Notes: generated from the sequence alone by a model not told the origin. A stretch of DNA of 64,000 nucleotides from an uncultured virus (IMG/VR IMGVR_UViG_3300027973_000051) (IMGVR_UViG_3300027973_000051); one strand, 5' to 3'; numbered from the stretch's first letter, positions 20,501-30,884 are shown. Program-made: numbers and translations.

Positions 20501-21739
20501 ATTGTAAGAAGATGTCTTGTCTGAAAGGTTCACTGAAAGTCTTGGTGATAACTCTATCAAGTCAAAAGTTGCATCCACCTTGTTCATTGTGTCTACCACG
20601 ACCCTAATTCCAGAAATGTAATCTAGTTCACGATATACAGTTGAGTTGTCCGTAGTGCTTGTATACTTTAGTGGACTTGTTAAGTCTGTTACAAAGTTAG
20701 TTAGTCTTGTTACTGTTTCATCCTCTAGTTGCCACCCATATGTTGGGGTAAAGTTTTCGTACTCAGTTCCCGTCCAAATATAGTATTTGCCTATGTCGGA
20801 TTCATTTGCTGAAACTAAATATGCATACCCAGTTACAGATTTTTGTGGCAACCAGGAGACTGATGAGTGTGACTCTGCAAAAACAAAAGTATCTCTATAC
20901 TTGTCTGGAATAATTAACCCATAAGAAAGTTCAACATATCCATCTGCTGCAATTACTGGATCGCCATTTTTTCTAGTTGATGATTGATTAAATGATAAAA
21001 CATCCACCCAATTATTTGACTTTAAAGACTGAACCTTCCATCTTACTGGAGTTGTTTTATTAGCATTTCCATAAAATGGATCTGAAAATGTTGACGATGA
21101 GTTAGAAAATGTACCTAGGTCTAAACTTCCGACATTTGTTTGCATCTTAATAATAATCTTATTTGTAGGAATTTTATTTTCATATACAACAAATGGTGCT
21201 GAGTCTTCAATATTATATTGACCGTTAATTAACTTATTAGCAATACCATATTCCACACCACCCTCTGTTCTGTAAGATGACCAGTACTTAAATTGATCAT
21301 TTTTATCTGCCATATAATACCTTGGTCTTTTTGCCATATTTACATTAGAGTGGTGAAGATATGAATTAGAGAAATACCTTGCTTTGTTAATTCCTGATCT
21401 TGGTCTAAATGGTTTAAAGCAGTCTTCTAGAGAGTAGAGCATTTTAATTTTATCTTTTGTTGCCGTTAATGTAAATGGTACATTGCTGTCATCTATACCT
21501 CCATCAATAACAACATCTGCATCTGTCGCATTTGTATAATAATTGCCCTGATCATTTGGGTCAAAGGTGTTTGTAATTGTTTGATAGTTTGACCCAGAAG
21601 TTGTAGGTCTATATCTATAGTTACCAATTTTAAATATATTATCTGGCATATTCATATTCCACTCTGCGATCACCGCAGATTGTGTTTTTACAACAGAAGA
21701 TGTTTGTAAATGATTTTTTAGTTCATCATTTTTAAACAT
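17513..21739 (-). CDS. Large minor tail protein (central tail fibre/hub-like)
   Basis: ~1400 aa, second gene after tape measure, C-terminal LQLGDIVKI hub-like motif; start re-called to MFKNDEL (TAATG overlap). Confidence 0.65.
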   Translation of the reverse strand: MFKNDELKNHLQTSSVVKTQSAVIAEWNMNMPDNIFKIGNYRYRPTTSGSNYQTITNTFDPNDQGNYYTNATDADVVIDGGIDDSNVPFTLTATKDKIKMLYSLEDCFKPFRPRSGINKARYFSNSYLHHSNVNMAKRPRYYMADKNDQFKYWSSYRTEGGVEYGIANKLINGQYNIEDSAPFVVYENKIPTNKIIIKMQTNVGSLDLGTFSNSSSTFSDPFYGNANKTTPVRWKVQSLKSNNWVDVLSFNQSSTRKNGDPVIAADGYVELSYGLIIPDKYRDTFVFAESHSSVSWLPQKSVTGYAYLVSANESDIGKYYIWTGTEYENFTPTYGWQLEDETVTRLTNFVTDLTSPLKYTSTTDNSTVYRELDYISGIRVVVDTMNKVDATFDLIELSPRLSVNLSDKTSSYNVTKMASDLGITGMPVSQLLASTGSVTLFDYDDAFQSNNADSIIKDYISRHIQFKFYEIVVDVGGYDYYVPIKTMYSEGFPSIDNSSKRIELSLRDLYFYFESLIAPQILSTNTSLSAAVSLLLDSIGFSNYAFNRVDGEKDLVIPYFFIPPDKNVAEILQDLAVSTQTAMFFDEYNNFVMMSKNFVMPLESERSTDFVLDGDTNNANIIEISGQDTTVYNDGVINYETRYIQRSIGSIRQANLVDAEKTWIYKPVLLWEVSGTSTTKSVNNQVGNQSTYMLSAIPLNSNLSASVPTVSGNRLINNTMDLGEGVYWITRYNGYFYSNGEIIKFDAVEYNISGYGNVWINNVQEYENYFSKLPFNGKIYPTGLVRIYSEPNYEEVNGTLRLKNGAVAKHGRAQFGTPVTSHSAGLDPYWSNNENVQGCTMQSKYLFTNGLTPPTTSIGTAGINKTLAEKTTRNGIIRNFLSSNYTTESDVANMRVTQTGTIQSSALLMNGPSFTTTESPLDFISYVKKPLNDRYKHFGTRMRVIGKIENNMDRGQTAIGSSTYYVVPGSTPDQTITIAGGSGGLGVLINPETNNGYYFEIVALGTTDLNSLESANVNNILFYKIEQNEGNAIPVKLWEGLSNIIVDDGKFTGQYRMASEQNPTVYDLSVEYQDIGNIRRFYLYINNKLITTVDDTTPLPVYNNMALFVRGSSRIMFENIYALTNNYSQNTSFVLDTPVNSIFDDAEIDANESFRKYAMSGIIQGTYLSGISPNQPPEYKIYFEEFGTIMREASTFNIRYDKAYPALYAKLSPTFNRIKGYTVSGFRAGSYGAEFMIFNATDTALSLDETTGNYLRIQGITFTQESRNSLTVDDYFSKNSDFSNPEFKNNQLISSPFKIEKAYEDIKLSRMTYGKKDFSLNVPYIQTEDDANELMKWVTSKITKPRKSFGIKIFSTPTLQLGDIVKINYSQNSVNKAGKEDSRYVIYNIQHSKDFNGPSMTVYLSEVA

Positions 21740-22437
21740 TATGCCTCTTCCAGTGTTACAGAAACATTCCAAAAATCAAAATTAGAATTTCCACGTTTAA
21801 CAACTGTATATGAAAAATCTGATATAAACATTTCTACAACTTGGTTATATTGAGATAGATGGCCATAGGCAGAATCATTTTTCCCAAATTCAGAATATTT
21901 ATCATAAGCAAGATAAACCCAGAAAGATCCTTTATGGTTTTCATACCAATCTAAAAGTTCAACTCCTCCTGCACCACCATCAGTTGTATACTGCTGAGCA
22001 AGTATTGTTTGGTTTGGAAGAATAGCAAAACTACCATCTGAATCTGGATTTCTAGACCCAGTTGTTTCTAATGATGTTTTCCCTGTTGTAGAATTAAATT
22101 CTGGGGCAAGGGCGTGTGCTCTTGATGGCAACATGTTCCATGATGTGGATAGGGTTAGTTTATCTGCAGTATGATAAGATCTCATTCTGCCATTAATCAT
22201 TCTTTCACGCTTTTCTATTCTAACATTTTTAAGATCTAATTGTGACCTATTGTCATCTGAAAGAATTAAAAATTGATCTAACTTATTTGGGTCAGATTCT
22301 GCTCCTGGGTCTGAGCCTATTTCTAAGCCATTTGGAATATAAAGACCATTAATTAGTGTTCCAGAATTTTCTGACCATAGGATTGCTTGTGGTCTTCCAT
22401 ATTTTTTTCTTCCATTCATATATCCTGTAGTTGCCAT
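21739..22437 (-). CDS. Distal tail protein-like
   Basis: Immediately follows tape measure; RMINGRMRSYH...WNVSVTLEEA. Confidence 0.6.
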   Translation of the reverse strand: MATTGYMNGRKKYGRPQAILWSENSGTLINGLYIPNGLEIGSDPGAESDPNKLDQFLILSDDNRSQLDLKNVRIEKRERMINGRMRSYHTADKLTLSTSWNMLPSRAHALAPEFNSTTGKTSLETTGSRNPDSDGSFAILPNQTILAQQYTTDGGAGGVELLDWYENHKGSFWVYLAYDKYSEFGKNDSAYGHLSQYNQVVEMFISDFSYTVVKRGNSNFDFWNVSVTLEEA

Positions 22438-25400
22438 TATAGTCTTGAACTCCTAATTCTTTGTGAATCAATTTGCTTAATGTGTGACATAACTGATCTT
22501 GCAATTTCGTCTGGATTTGCATCAGACTTTACATTTACACTAAGACTATAATTATACACTGAGTCGCCCACTGAATCCCCATTATTAATTGCCTTCATTT
22601 TTTCTACTCCATGAGTATCAACTGCATACTTGCTCATAACAAACTCTCCTGGAGTAAGTCTTGCTGCAACAGTATCAGACCCCATAGCAAATCCACCAAC
22701 AGCAAATGATTTTGGAATCATTCCTCCAGTGTAAAGACCCATTGACTTCATTGCTTGACCTGTGTATCTTGCTGTTGAAAGTGCTCCAGCAGTTCCACCA
22801 AGAGATTTTGTCATTGTAGGAGATGCAATTAGTGCCCTTGACATATTAATTGCAATTGATTCTGGAGAAAGAATATCCTGAGCAAGTCCAACCGCCTTAT
22901 TTAAACTTGCTGTATTGGTTGCTTTGCGAACAGCAAGACCTGCAATCTTACCCATAGATGCGGTAATTTCTTGAGCATCAGCATTTAGTGCATCCATTGC
23001 TTTAAGTGCAGCAAGTGCCTCTGCTGAGGCTGCTGCTGCTTCTGCTGCTGCAGCATCTGCTGCTGCTGCTGCTGAATCTGCAAACTCTTTCTTTGCATCA
23101 TCGCTGGCTTCAGGATCTACCACTACTGGTGGTGGCTTTGGAGTACCATCTCCTGGTCCAACCACTAATCCGCTTCCAGGAAGGGTTGCGCCACTTCTTA
23201 GTCTATCTAGTTCTGCAAAAGCAGCACGTGCTGCTGCTGCTACTGCATCAATTGCCAACTTCAGCGCATCAGCGTCACCTTTAGCACCCTTAAGAATATT
23301 ATTTAAGAAGTTTGGATCATTAATATCTATACCAGCGCTCTTTGCTAAATCTAGTGCAGTAACTGCTGCATCAATTTGGGCTTTTGTCATTCCAAAATAC
23401 ATAATAGATTCTTTTTGTTTTTCAATTACACGCTCTAGTGCTACCTTTTCAGCAGTAATCTTATCTATATTGTCTTGTATTTTAACTGCTTCTTTTTCAA
23501 GGTCCCATAATTTTTCTTTTTGAATTTTAGCAATATCCATTGCTAATTGCTTATTTTGTTTTTCTAAAGCAGTTCTTCCAAGAGCATTAATTTGATTATC
23601 TCTTGAATTTGTTAATGCAGTAGACATTGTGCTCATACCCTGTGCTGCCTGTCGTGCTCTTTCATCTTGTACAATGCCTGCTGCTGCAGATATATCTCCA
23701 CGACTTAATGCATCAGCAAGTGATAGTCTATTCTTTTGTGCTGCTGCAATATCTTCATTAATTGTCTTTATCTTATCAAGTGCTTTTACCTGTTCATCAT
23801 ATTTAGCATTAATCTCGTCTTCTGCTAAAGCAATTTTTTGAAGTTCATAGTCATTGACTTTAATTTTATATTCAAGTGGTGCAATTTTTGCATCTGTAAT
23901 TTTCTTTATTTCAGCATTTACACCCTCAAGAGCAATTTGTTGCTCAAGGATTTGATCATTATATTTTTTAAATGTTGGAGCATTCTGCATATCAATCAGA
24001 TGCTCTGTAAGAGCAATATATGCTTGAGCCATCTTGAGTCTAGATAGTTCATAATCTCCCTGATCCTGTGTTGCAATTGCAACCTTTTCTGCTTTTTTCT
24101 TTTCCTCATTGTATTTCTTTATTGCATCTAGTGCTTCTTTCCATTTTGCAGAAGTCTTATCAATTGCAAGAATAGCCTTTGCCATATCTGGATTTGAAGC
24201 AATCTCCATTGCCATTGCAGCATCAATACCCGCTGCCCTTAATTTGATTAAAGCACCAGTTTGGTTTGTTACTTCTTTTATTTTGGCAGCCATGTCCTTA
24301 AAGAAATCATATGTGTCGTTTCCACCTGTTGATGTTCCGTTTCCAGCAGAATTTGCAGCATCATTAAATCCTTTAATCATAGCAATAGTTGCTGCAATTT
24401 CTTTTTGAAGATCTTTAGTCCATTTATTTGCAGCAATATTTGCTTCATTACGTCTTTTTGCAGCATCTGCACTTAAGTCTGCTGCCTTGCCTGCTGCTAT
24501 GTTAGCATCTGCAACTGCATTAAGAGAACTTGCTAGCCTATAAGCAATTGCTGCTTGAGTAATCATTTCTACTGAAACCCCTGCAGTTGCTGCCTTAAGC
24601 AATAAAGAACCATCCTTAAAACTACTTACACCCTTTGTTACTGCAGCAAGTTCAGGATTTATCATCATAATTGCTTTTCTCATTAAGAATAGTTGTGCAT
24701 TGCTTCCTGGTACCTGCTTTTTAATAGTGCCGATCATGGTATCAAATGATGAATTAAACTTCTTAAGATCTATCTGTCCAGTTTGAGTTAGTCTACTTAG
24801 GCTCTTAGAGTATGATGAAATACCTGTTGCTGCGTTAGTAAGTGCAGCCCTCTGCTCATCAAATAACTTTGCGCTAATAAATTTACTAATATCTTTTTTA
24901 CTTGCTCCAGTTGAAGCATAAGACTTATCAATTTGGTCTTTTACTTTTCTATAATCATTTTCAAACTTCTTGCTAAATCCTTGAAGTCCAACTCCAAGTT
25001 GTGCATTTAACTTTCCAAACCCTGCATCATCAAATGTAATGTCTTTGAAATTAAGGTTGAGATCTTTCTTTCCAGCCTCTTCTCTGATAGTATCAATTAA
25101 GAGTTGTACTTTTTCTTTTGCCAAGCCCTGAGACATTAACTCAAGACCCTTAAATGTAAGGGCTGCCTTGGCTTTTTCATCACTTAGGTTTGATACTGCT
25201 GTTATTGTTGAACCATAAGACTTCTTAAATCCTGGGTCTGATAACAAAGACTCTCTGGATGTTCTTGTTTGCGATCCAGTCACATCATTTGCTTTACCAG
25301 CCCTAAATGTTTCTAGTGGTCCCTTTTGTGGGATAAGGCTAAAGTAATCTGCTAGAAATTTTGTCTGATCTGTAGTTGTCTTTAACGCATCTGTGAATGC

Positions 25401-28400
25401 CTCGACTTGTTGGCGTTCTTTTTCTTTTGCGCTATTGTATGCTTTAATGGCAATAACTCCTGCAATTAATGCTATAGATGCAAGACCAAAACCAACTTTA
25501 AACTTTGTAACAAATTCCATCATCTTAGTTCCAGTAAGCATTTGCAAGATAGATGAGAATGCAAAAAGTGGACCAGAAATCTGGAAAGCAACTTCAGATA
25601 GTTTACCAAGGTTTCCTCCAGCAGTCTGAGCAATGCCAGATAATGCTGTTAGTGCAAACATTCCACCCATAACTCTTCTGTTTAACTTATCCATACTTTC
25701 ATTAAGTTTTACTTGTTTCTTTACTGCATCAGATTTAGCCAATGAGTCTTTAGTCACTCTTGATTGATCTGCTAATGAGTTTAATGGTACTCCCGCTCCC
25801 CCAGCAATTCCACCTGGACTAAATGCGTCAGTTGCATATGGTAGGTTTGTGGCTGGATTAATAAGTTTTTTAATTGCAACATTTCCTAATTGCTGTGCTG
25901 CATTTGCAACCTTTGCTTGGCTATTAACCAAGCCAATCTTCATTCCGTCACCTACATTTTCACCTTGTACAATTGCATCCTTCGATGGTGACTTTGACTT
26001 TGTACCACGAGCAATTCCATCAATTAAAGATTCACCAAGTTGCGTTCCTTCTCTTTTTAAAATTACATCTAATTTTGCTGAAAGATTTTTTACATATGGA
26101 ACCATTTGTGCTTCAAGTTCAGCAACTGTTCCAGTTACGGACTGAGCCATGTGAGCCATTTGTGCTTTTACAAATTGACCTTTACCAGATTCAGGAATAT
26201 TTGGTGTCACTGGATTTTGAATATTTTGCATCATAGCCCAACTCTTTGAACCACTTTGAGAACTACTACTTGGTAAATCTTGTCTTTGGAATACGTTTGG
26301 ATTTAATCTTGATGCTAAATCAAATGCTGCAGAGCCTCTTGATTTGTAAGATCCTTGTCCAGGAATTCCAGTTCTGCTTGTAAGTGTATTTGATTCTGGA
26401 TTATAATTTGTTCCACTGATTGCACCAACTGGTCCAATAGTAGTAATTTCCTGAATAGATCTTTCAAATGCTGTTGCCATATCTTTTCCAGCAAGTTGAA
26501 CTCCTTTTGCAACATCTCTCATTGCTGGTATTACTATTGATTCAAAGTCTGAATCTACCAAAAACTCTTTTCCAGAATTTGCTAGTGCATCTGCTGCAGA
26601 GTTTACAAATAAGTCACCAACTCTTCTAAACTCTTCAAGGTTTCTTGGGTCATTAATTTTAATTCCCATTTCTTTTGCCATTACTGCAAACAGAGGCGCT
26701 GCTGCTGCAGCACCTGATTGTTTTAGTGATGCTACAACATCTGCTGTTGCTGCGCCTTGACCACCTTGTTGACCAGTCTTAGCATTCATCCATTCCTGCA
26801 TAAACAAAGTTATATTTTTAAATCCTTTTACATCTTGTGTTCCAGAAGATGCTCCTCCTGGCATTGATCCACCAACCAAAGTTGTTGGGCTTTTAAATCC
26901 TGCAATATTTCCAGCAATAAGTCCCTTGACCATTCCAGGATATTTTTTAACAGTTCCTGCTGAAAGAATTGCTTCACCATTAGATGCCATGATTGGAACA
27001 GAATCAGACTTTGGACCACCAGGACCTGAAATAATTCCACCCTCTGCAAACTTTTTTGGCATACGGCCTGGAAGCATCATTCCTGGATTTGCTGCTGCAA
27101 ACCTTTGAGAGGCAGCAGTACCATTTACATATGCACGTGTTAATGCTTCAACTGCTGCTGCTTCACTTGTAAACTGTTGAGTTAACTTGGCATGTACTTG
27201 ATCAAGCGAGTGTGCTGCTGCTGCAGCATCTAACTGCTCCGTTGTCATGTAAGTTGTTTCTTGTCCTAAAAGATGTGATTGACCAGTTAATCCCAAGTAT
27301 CCATTTCTTAGAGTTAAAAATAATTTAATTATGTTACCAACACCGTTAGCAAGAAGACCAAATGTCATTAGTAGCACTGGTCCTACTGCACCAAGGCCAA
27401 CAGTTAAAAGTGTAATAAACTTTTTAGTACCAGACGAAAGCCCACTAAATTTTTCAAGTATATCTCCAACAAACTTAACAATTGGAGTAACTGCTTCTAA
27501 AAATGTTTTTCCAACTGGTATTAAAGATGCTTTTAACTGTTCTACACTTGCCTTAAACTTAACCATTGGCGAATCTGCAGTTATTCCTAATTCTTTTTCA
27601 GATACTCTAGCGAGATCTTCAATTGATGTACCAGCAAGATCTAATACACGAGAAGCCTGTGTTCCATCTTTTGTAACATTCTGAAATAATGTTGATAAAC
27701 GTGCAAATTGAAACTTACCAAACATTTGTTCAATTGCTTTTGCTCTATCAAGTGGTGCTAAAGTATCTAACGCTTTTGCAAACTCAACAACAGTCGCTTT
27801 AATATCTCCTTGGTTTGAGTTAACAATGTTTTTAATGTTAATCCCATAAGCCTGAAGCATTGCTGATGCTTTAGTTGTTGGGTTAATAATTGATGCAAGT
27901 CCAGATTTAAGTGCGTTAGCACCTTCAGATGCATTAACTCCACCCTCTTTCATAGCAGTCAAGAAGAATGCTAAATCCTTAACATCTCCACCAAGTTGTT
28001 TAATGATTGGTGCAACTTTTGGAATTGCTGTTGTTACGTCATCTAAAGATAAAACAGTTTGGTTTTCTACTGCGTTAAGAAAATCAATTGATCCAGCAAG
28101 TTGTTCTGAAGATGTTCCAAATGCATTTTGTAAAGAGATTGTTGTTTGCAATGCTTTTTGACTATCAATTTGTCCAAGTACAGAAAGCCTTGTTGCTTCT
28201 GTTGTTTGTCTTTGTAGATCTATTCCTTTAAAGCCTGCTGCTGCAGCATCTGCTGCTAATCCAACAGTACTAGAAACTGCAATTCCATATTTAGTAAACA
28301 TTTGCCCAAGTTGCTGAACATCAGCAAGTGCTTGCTGCGTTTCTGCTTGTGGAGTAAATAAATCGCCATAAACCTTTCTAAACTTTAAAGCCTGTGTTTC

Positions 28401-29045
28401 CATTTCCATAAATACTCTTGTTGCTGTTGTTCCAAGTATTGTTAGTGGAATTGTAAAACCAACCATTAATTGGCGACCTGCCCACTGGGTATTCTTACCA
28501 AAGTTAATGAGGTTTGTGGAACCTTGCTTCATTAACTGGTTAAATAATTGTTGTTTCTGTGCAGCCATTGCAACTTTTGTGCCATAGTCATCCATGTTAA
28601 GACTAGTTGGCATAACTGCAATTGCTTTCATTGCACCGTTTGCATCACGACCTAATTTAATATATTGTGTCTGTAATCTTTTGACACGCTCTGTTGCAAC
28701 CTTTTCAATAGTATCAAATTCACTAGTAAAAGACTTACCAAATGTTTTAGTTGATGCTGCAGCAAACCTAAAATATTGTCGCATTGAGAACTTGTTCTTC
28801 TCAAGTGATGCAGTAAATGATTCTGATGTTGTTTTGATAGTCCTGAGTTCTGCAGCAAATGCACCAGTGGCATTAATACTTGCAAGAAGATTCTTTTGAA
28901 GATCTCTTTGTGCTAGTGCTGCAGCCTCAGAAGTTCTAGATATTGATGTGTGAAACTGAGATAGTTGTTTTTGGAGAGATTTTAGTTGTGATAATGCATT
29001 AGACGTGTCAATATTGACGCCTATATTGGCATTAACATCAGCCAT
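22437..29045 (-). CDS. Tape measure protein
   Basis: 2202 aa, Ala-rich helical; TP901-like TMP core (EGANALKS); GPGGPKSDSVP and ARLTPGEFVM motifs. Confidence 0.93.
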   Translation of the reverse strand: MADVNANIGVNIDTSNALSQLKSLQKQLSQFHTSISRTSEAAALAQRDLQKNLLASINATGAFAAELRTIKTTSESFTASLEKNKFSMRQYFRFAAASTKTFGKSFTSEFDTIEKVATERVKRLQTQYIKLGRDANGAMKAIAVMPTSLNMDDYGTKVAMAAQKQQLFNQLMKQGSTNLINFGKNTQWAGRQLMVGFTIPLTILGTTATRVFMEMETQALKFRKVYGDLFTPQAETQQALADVQQLGQMFTKYGIAVSSTVGLAADAAAAGFKGIDLQRQTTEATRLSVLGQIDSQKALQTTISLQNAFGTSSEQLAGSIDFLNAVENQTVLSLDDVTTAIPKVAPIIKQLGGDVKDLAFFLTAMKEGGVNASEGANALKSGLASIINPTTKASAMLQAYGINIKNIVNSNQGDIKATVVEFAKALDTLAPLDRAKAIEQMFGKFQFARLSTLFQNVTKDGTQASRVLDLAGTSIEDLARVSEKELGITADSPMVKFKASVEQLKASLIPVGKTFLEAVTPIVKFVGDILEKFSGLSSGTKKFITLLTVGLGAVGPVLLMTFGLLANGVGNIIKLFLTLRNGYLGLTGQSHLLGQETTYMTTEQLDAAAAAHSLDQVHAKLTQQFTSEAAAVEALTRAYVNGTAASQRFAAANPGMMLPGRMPKKFAEGGIISGPGGPKSDSVPIMASNGEAILSAGTVKKYPGMVKGLIAGNIAGFKSPTTLVGGSMPGGASSGTQDVKGFKNITLFMQEWMNAKTGQQGGQGAATADVVASLKQSGAAAAAPLFAVMAKEMGIKINDPRNLEEFRRVGDLFVNSAADALANSGKEFLVDSDFESIVIPAMRDVAKGVQLAGKDMATAFERSIQEITTIGPVGAISGTNYNPESNTLTSRTGIPGQGSYKSRGSAAFDLASRLNPNVFQRQDLPSSSSQSGSKSWAMMQNIQNPVTPNIPESGKGQFVKAQMAHMAQSVTGTVAELEAQMVPYVKNLSAKLDVILKREGTQLGESLIDGIARGTKSKSPSKDAIVQGENVGDGMKIGLVNSQAKVANAAQQLGNVAIKKLINPATNLPYATDAFSPGGIAGGAGVPLNSLADQSRVTKDSLAKSDAVKKQVKLNESMDKLNRRVMGGMFALTALSGIAQTAGGNLGKLSEVAFQISGPLFAFSSILQMLTGTKMMEFVTKFKVGFGLASIALIAGVIAIKAYNSAKEKERQQVEAFTDALKTTTDQTKFLADYFSLIPQKGPLETFRAGKANDVTGSQTRTSRESLLSDPGFKKSYGSTITAVSNLSDEKAKAALTFKGLELMSQGLAKEKVQLLIDTIREEAGKKDLNLNFKDITFDDAGFGKLNAQLGVGLQGFSKKFENDYRKVKDQIDKSYASTGASKKDISKFISAKLFDEQRAALTNAATGISSYSKSLSRLTQTGQIDLKKFNSSFDTMIGTIKKQVPGSNAQLFLMRKAIMMINPELAAVTKGVSSFKDGSLLLKAATAGVSVEMITQAAIAYRLASSLNAVADANIAAGKAADLSADAAKRRNEANIAANKWTKDLQKEIAATIAMIKGFNDAANSAGNGTSTGGNDTYDFFKDMAAKIKEVTNQTGALIKLRAAGIDAAMAMEIASNPDMAKAILAIDKTSAKWKEALDAIKKYNEEKKKAEKVAIATQDQGDYELSRLKMAQAYIALTEHLIDMQNAPTFKKYNDQILEQQIALEGVNAEIKKITDAKIAPLEYKIKVNDYELQKIALAEDEINAKYDEQVKALDKIKTINEDIAAAQKNRLSLADALSRGDISAAAGIVQDERARQAAQGMSTMSTALTNSRDNQINALGRTALEKQNKQLAMDIAKIQKEKLWDLEKEAVKIQDNIDKITAEKVALERVIEKQKESIMYFGMTKAQIDAAVTALDLAKSAGIDINDPNFLNNILKGAKGDADALKLAIDAVAAAARAAFAELDRLRSGATLPGSGLVVGPGDGTPKPPPVVVDPEASDDAKKEFADSAAAAADAAAAEAAAASAEALAALKAMDALNADAQEITASMGKIAGLAVRKATNTASLNKAVGLAQDILSPESIAINMSRALIASPTMTKSLGGTAGALSTARYTGQAMKSMGLYTGGMIPKSFAVGGFAMGSDTVAARLTPGEFVMSKYAVDTHGVEKMKAINNGDSVGDSVYNYSLSVNVKSDANPDEIARSVMSHIKQIDSQRIRSSRL

Positions 29046-29067
29046 TCATTCTCACCTCTTTATTAAT

Positions 29068-29388
29068 TTATTCTTGAATTGTAGTATTAAGAAGTGCGCT
29101 TACCTCATTGAGTTTTACCCCAGAGGCTCCTTCAACAATCTTGTATACCGTTGGAAGGTCAAGTAGTTCTTCCAAAGCCTTTAGATCTTCAGCCAAGTCT
29201 GGCTTGTACTGCTTTAGTGCGATCTGAACACATTCAATTAATACTGTCATTGACTTATCGTTATCTTCTGCGATATCTGCAATTCCTTCAAACTTTTTCA
29301 TAAACGGACGTAGCAAAGAAATCTTAAGTGGACGTACCTCAATTTCGGTATTATCCATAAGTGTTACCTTTGTTGTTTGCGTTGTCAT
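29068..29388 (-). CDS. Tail assembly chaperone (G-like)
   Basis: Directly upstream of TMP; start re-called after GGAGG; homologous to the N-terminus of the 226 aa neighbour. Confidence 0.7.
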   Translation of the reverse strand: MTTQTTKVTLMDNTEIEVRPLKISLLRPFMKKFEGIADIAEDNDKSMTVLIECVQIALKQYKPDLAEDLKALEELLDLPTVYKIVEGASGVKLNEVSALLNTTIQE

Positions 29389-29415
29389 TTTTTCCTCCAA
29401 GATGTAGACTATCTA

Positions 29416-29424
29416 ATTATAGCA
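29416..29424 (-). promoter_or_regulatory. Extended -10 TGCTATAAT
   Basis: Upstream of chaperone G and TMP. Confidence 0.6.
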
Positions 29425-29440
29425 TAGCAAACTGCTATTT

Positions 29441-30121
29441 TTAGTCTATTTTCTCGTAAGACAATCCCATTCCAATACCAAATCCAGCATTAGCAGCATT
29501 TTGTCCTTGAAGGGCAACAATGTCTTTTGGATCACTAGTTTTACCTTTGCTGTAAACTCTAGCCTTCATTTCTTCCCATGCGTTGCTATCAGTTTTACCA
29601 CTTTGCTCATCTAAATCTACGCCTTCCATTGCTGCTAAGAATTTCTTTTCTTGATAGTCTAATTCTCTTTTTGAATTAAGGGTTGTTAGCAGTTCTGGCA
29701 TTGATATTGATGTTTCTAGTTCCTCATAGTTTTTCCATATACCCAGTAAAAATAACTCAGACTCCAGTTTAACTAAATCTAATGAATCCCAAGATGATCC
29801 AGAATCTTCTGCTTGTTTTTTAACTGGCTCTTCAGATTTTTGATTAATTTTAATCCCAGCAGCAAACTCAATAATTTTATATATTGTTGGGAGATCTACG
29901 TAGTCTTCAAGTTCATCAATTACTTCTGGTCTATACTGCTTCATAGTTATGGCTGCACATTTTGATAAAATCTCAATAGTCTCTTCATCATTTTCTGCTT
30001 CATGTATAAATTCAAACATTTCTAAAAATTCTCTTAAATATTTTATTTTAAGTGGTGTTGCATAAATTTCATAACCATCCATCATTTTTATATAGGATGA
30101 CTCATATATTTTTGTAGGCAT
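29441..30121 (-). CDS. Tail assembly chaperone (GT-like, fused)
   Basis: Between major tail protein and TMP; G-like N-terminus plus additional C-terminal domain. Confidence 0.65.
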   Translation of the reverse strand: MPTKIYESSYIKMMDGYEIYATPLKIKYLREFLEMFEFIHEAENDEETIEILSKCAAITMKQYRPEVIDELEDYVDLPTIYKIIEFAAGIKINQKSEEPVKKQAEDSGSSWDSLDLVKLESELFLLGIWKNYEELETSISMPELLTTLNSKRELDYQEKKFLAAMEGVDLDEQSGKTDSNAWEEMKARVYSKGKTSDPKDIVALQGQNAANAGFGIGMGLSYEKID

Positions 30122-30127
30122 CTATCT

Positions 30128-30136
30128 ATTGTACCA
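30128..30136 (-). promoter_or_regulatory. Extended -10 TGGTACAAT, leaderless
   Basis: 6 nt before ATG 30121, directly after the terminator. Confidence 0.6.
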
Positions 30137-30172
30137 AACAGAAAGGCCCAATCCCGAAGGATTGAGCCTCTC
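30136..30172 (-). terminator. Intrinsic terminator after major tail gene
   Basis: Minus strand GAGAGGCTCAATCC-TTCG-GGATTGGGCCTTTCTGTTT; cUUCGg tetraloop. Confidence 0.8.
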
Positions 30173-30186
30173 ACTATTAAATTGTA

Positions 30187-30831
30187 TTATGCAGTTGCTG
30201 GAATTGTACGATCTACAATCTTTCCGTATGATGCATCATCATTTGGAAGAAGGCGGAATGATACTTCGAACATAGTCGCTGCATCACGCTTAGCAGATAC
30301 TGTTACATTCTCGATTGAGAGTGCACGGTATGCTACATAAACACGTTCAATTGCAGATTCAGGTGCACAGTCGCCTGTACCTGGACCTACTGCTACCAAA
30401 CCACGTTCAACTGGACATTCGCCCAAGTCTCCTGCAGATAGGTTTAGTTCCTGTGAGTTTGCTCCGATACCTGTTCCTGTTGCTTCAGATAGATTAGAAT
30501 CTGAAGAAGCAAGTGCAAATAGAAGATTCTCAAGAGTTGCTTCAGCAAATGTAGTATTTAGATTTACCTTCATACCCTGCTTATACAACTTTGCAACGTC
30601 TAGAACCTGATCAACCTGTACTTCACCGAAGTCAGGCTGGAACTGTAGTTCAAGGCCGTTCATTGTGTAACCAACGTTACGGAAATCTTCATCGTCTGTT
30701 AGAGATTCTCTGAAAGACTTATTGATTTGGTACGCTGGAAGATCAGCATCAGTTAAGTTGCCTAGATCATATGTGAAAAGTGCTGCTGCTCCAACAATAA
30801 TGTTGTTGCTGCTACCTCTTGTATATGCCAT
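30187..30831 (-). CDS. Major tail (tube) protein
   Basis: NIIVGAA, VGYTMNG, AEATLENL; own promoter, strong RBS and downstream terminator; upstream of chaperones. Confidence 0.8.
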   Translation of the reverse strand: MAYTRGSSNNIIVGAAALFTYDLGNLTDADLPAYQINKSFRESLTDDEDFRNVGYTMNGLELQFQPDFGEVQVDQVLDVAKLYKQGMKVNLNTTFAEATLENLLFALASSDSNLSEATGTGIGANSQELNLSAGDLGECPVERGLVAVGPGTGDCAPESAIERVYVAYRALSIENVTVSAKRDAATMFEVSFRLLPNDDASYGKIVDRTIPATA

Positions 30832-30884
30832 ATTTGTTCACCTCTTTTTTCTTTGTTGAAATAAGGGCTTGTTTCCTCATGACA

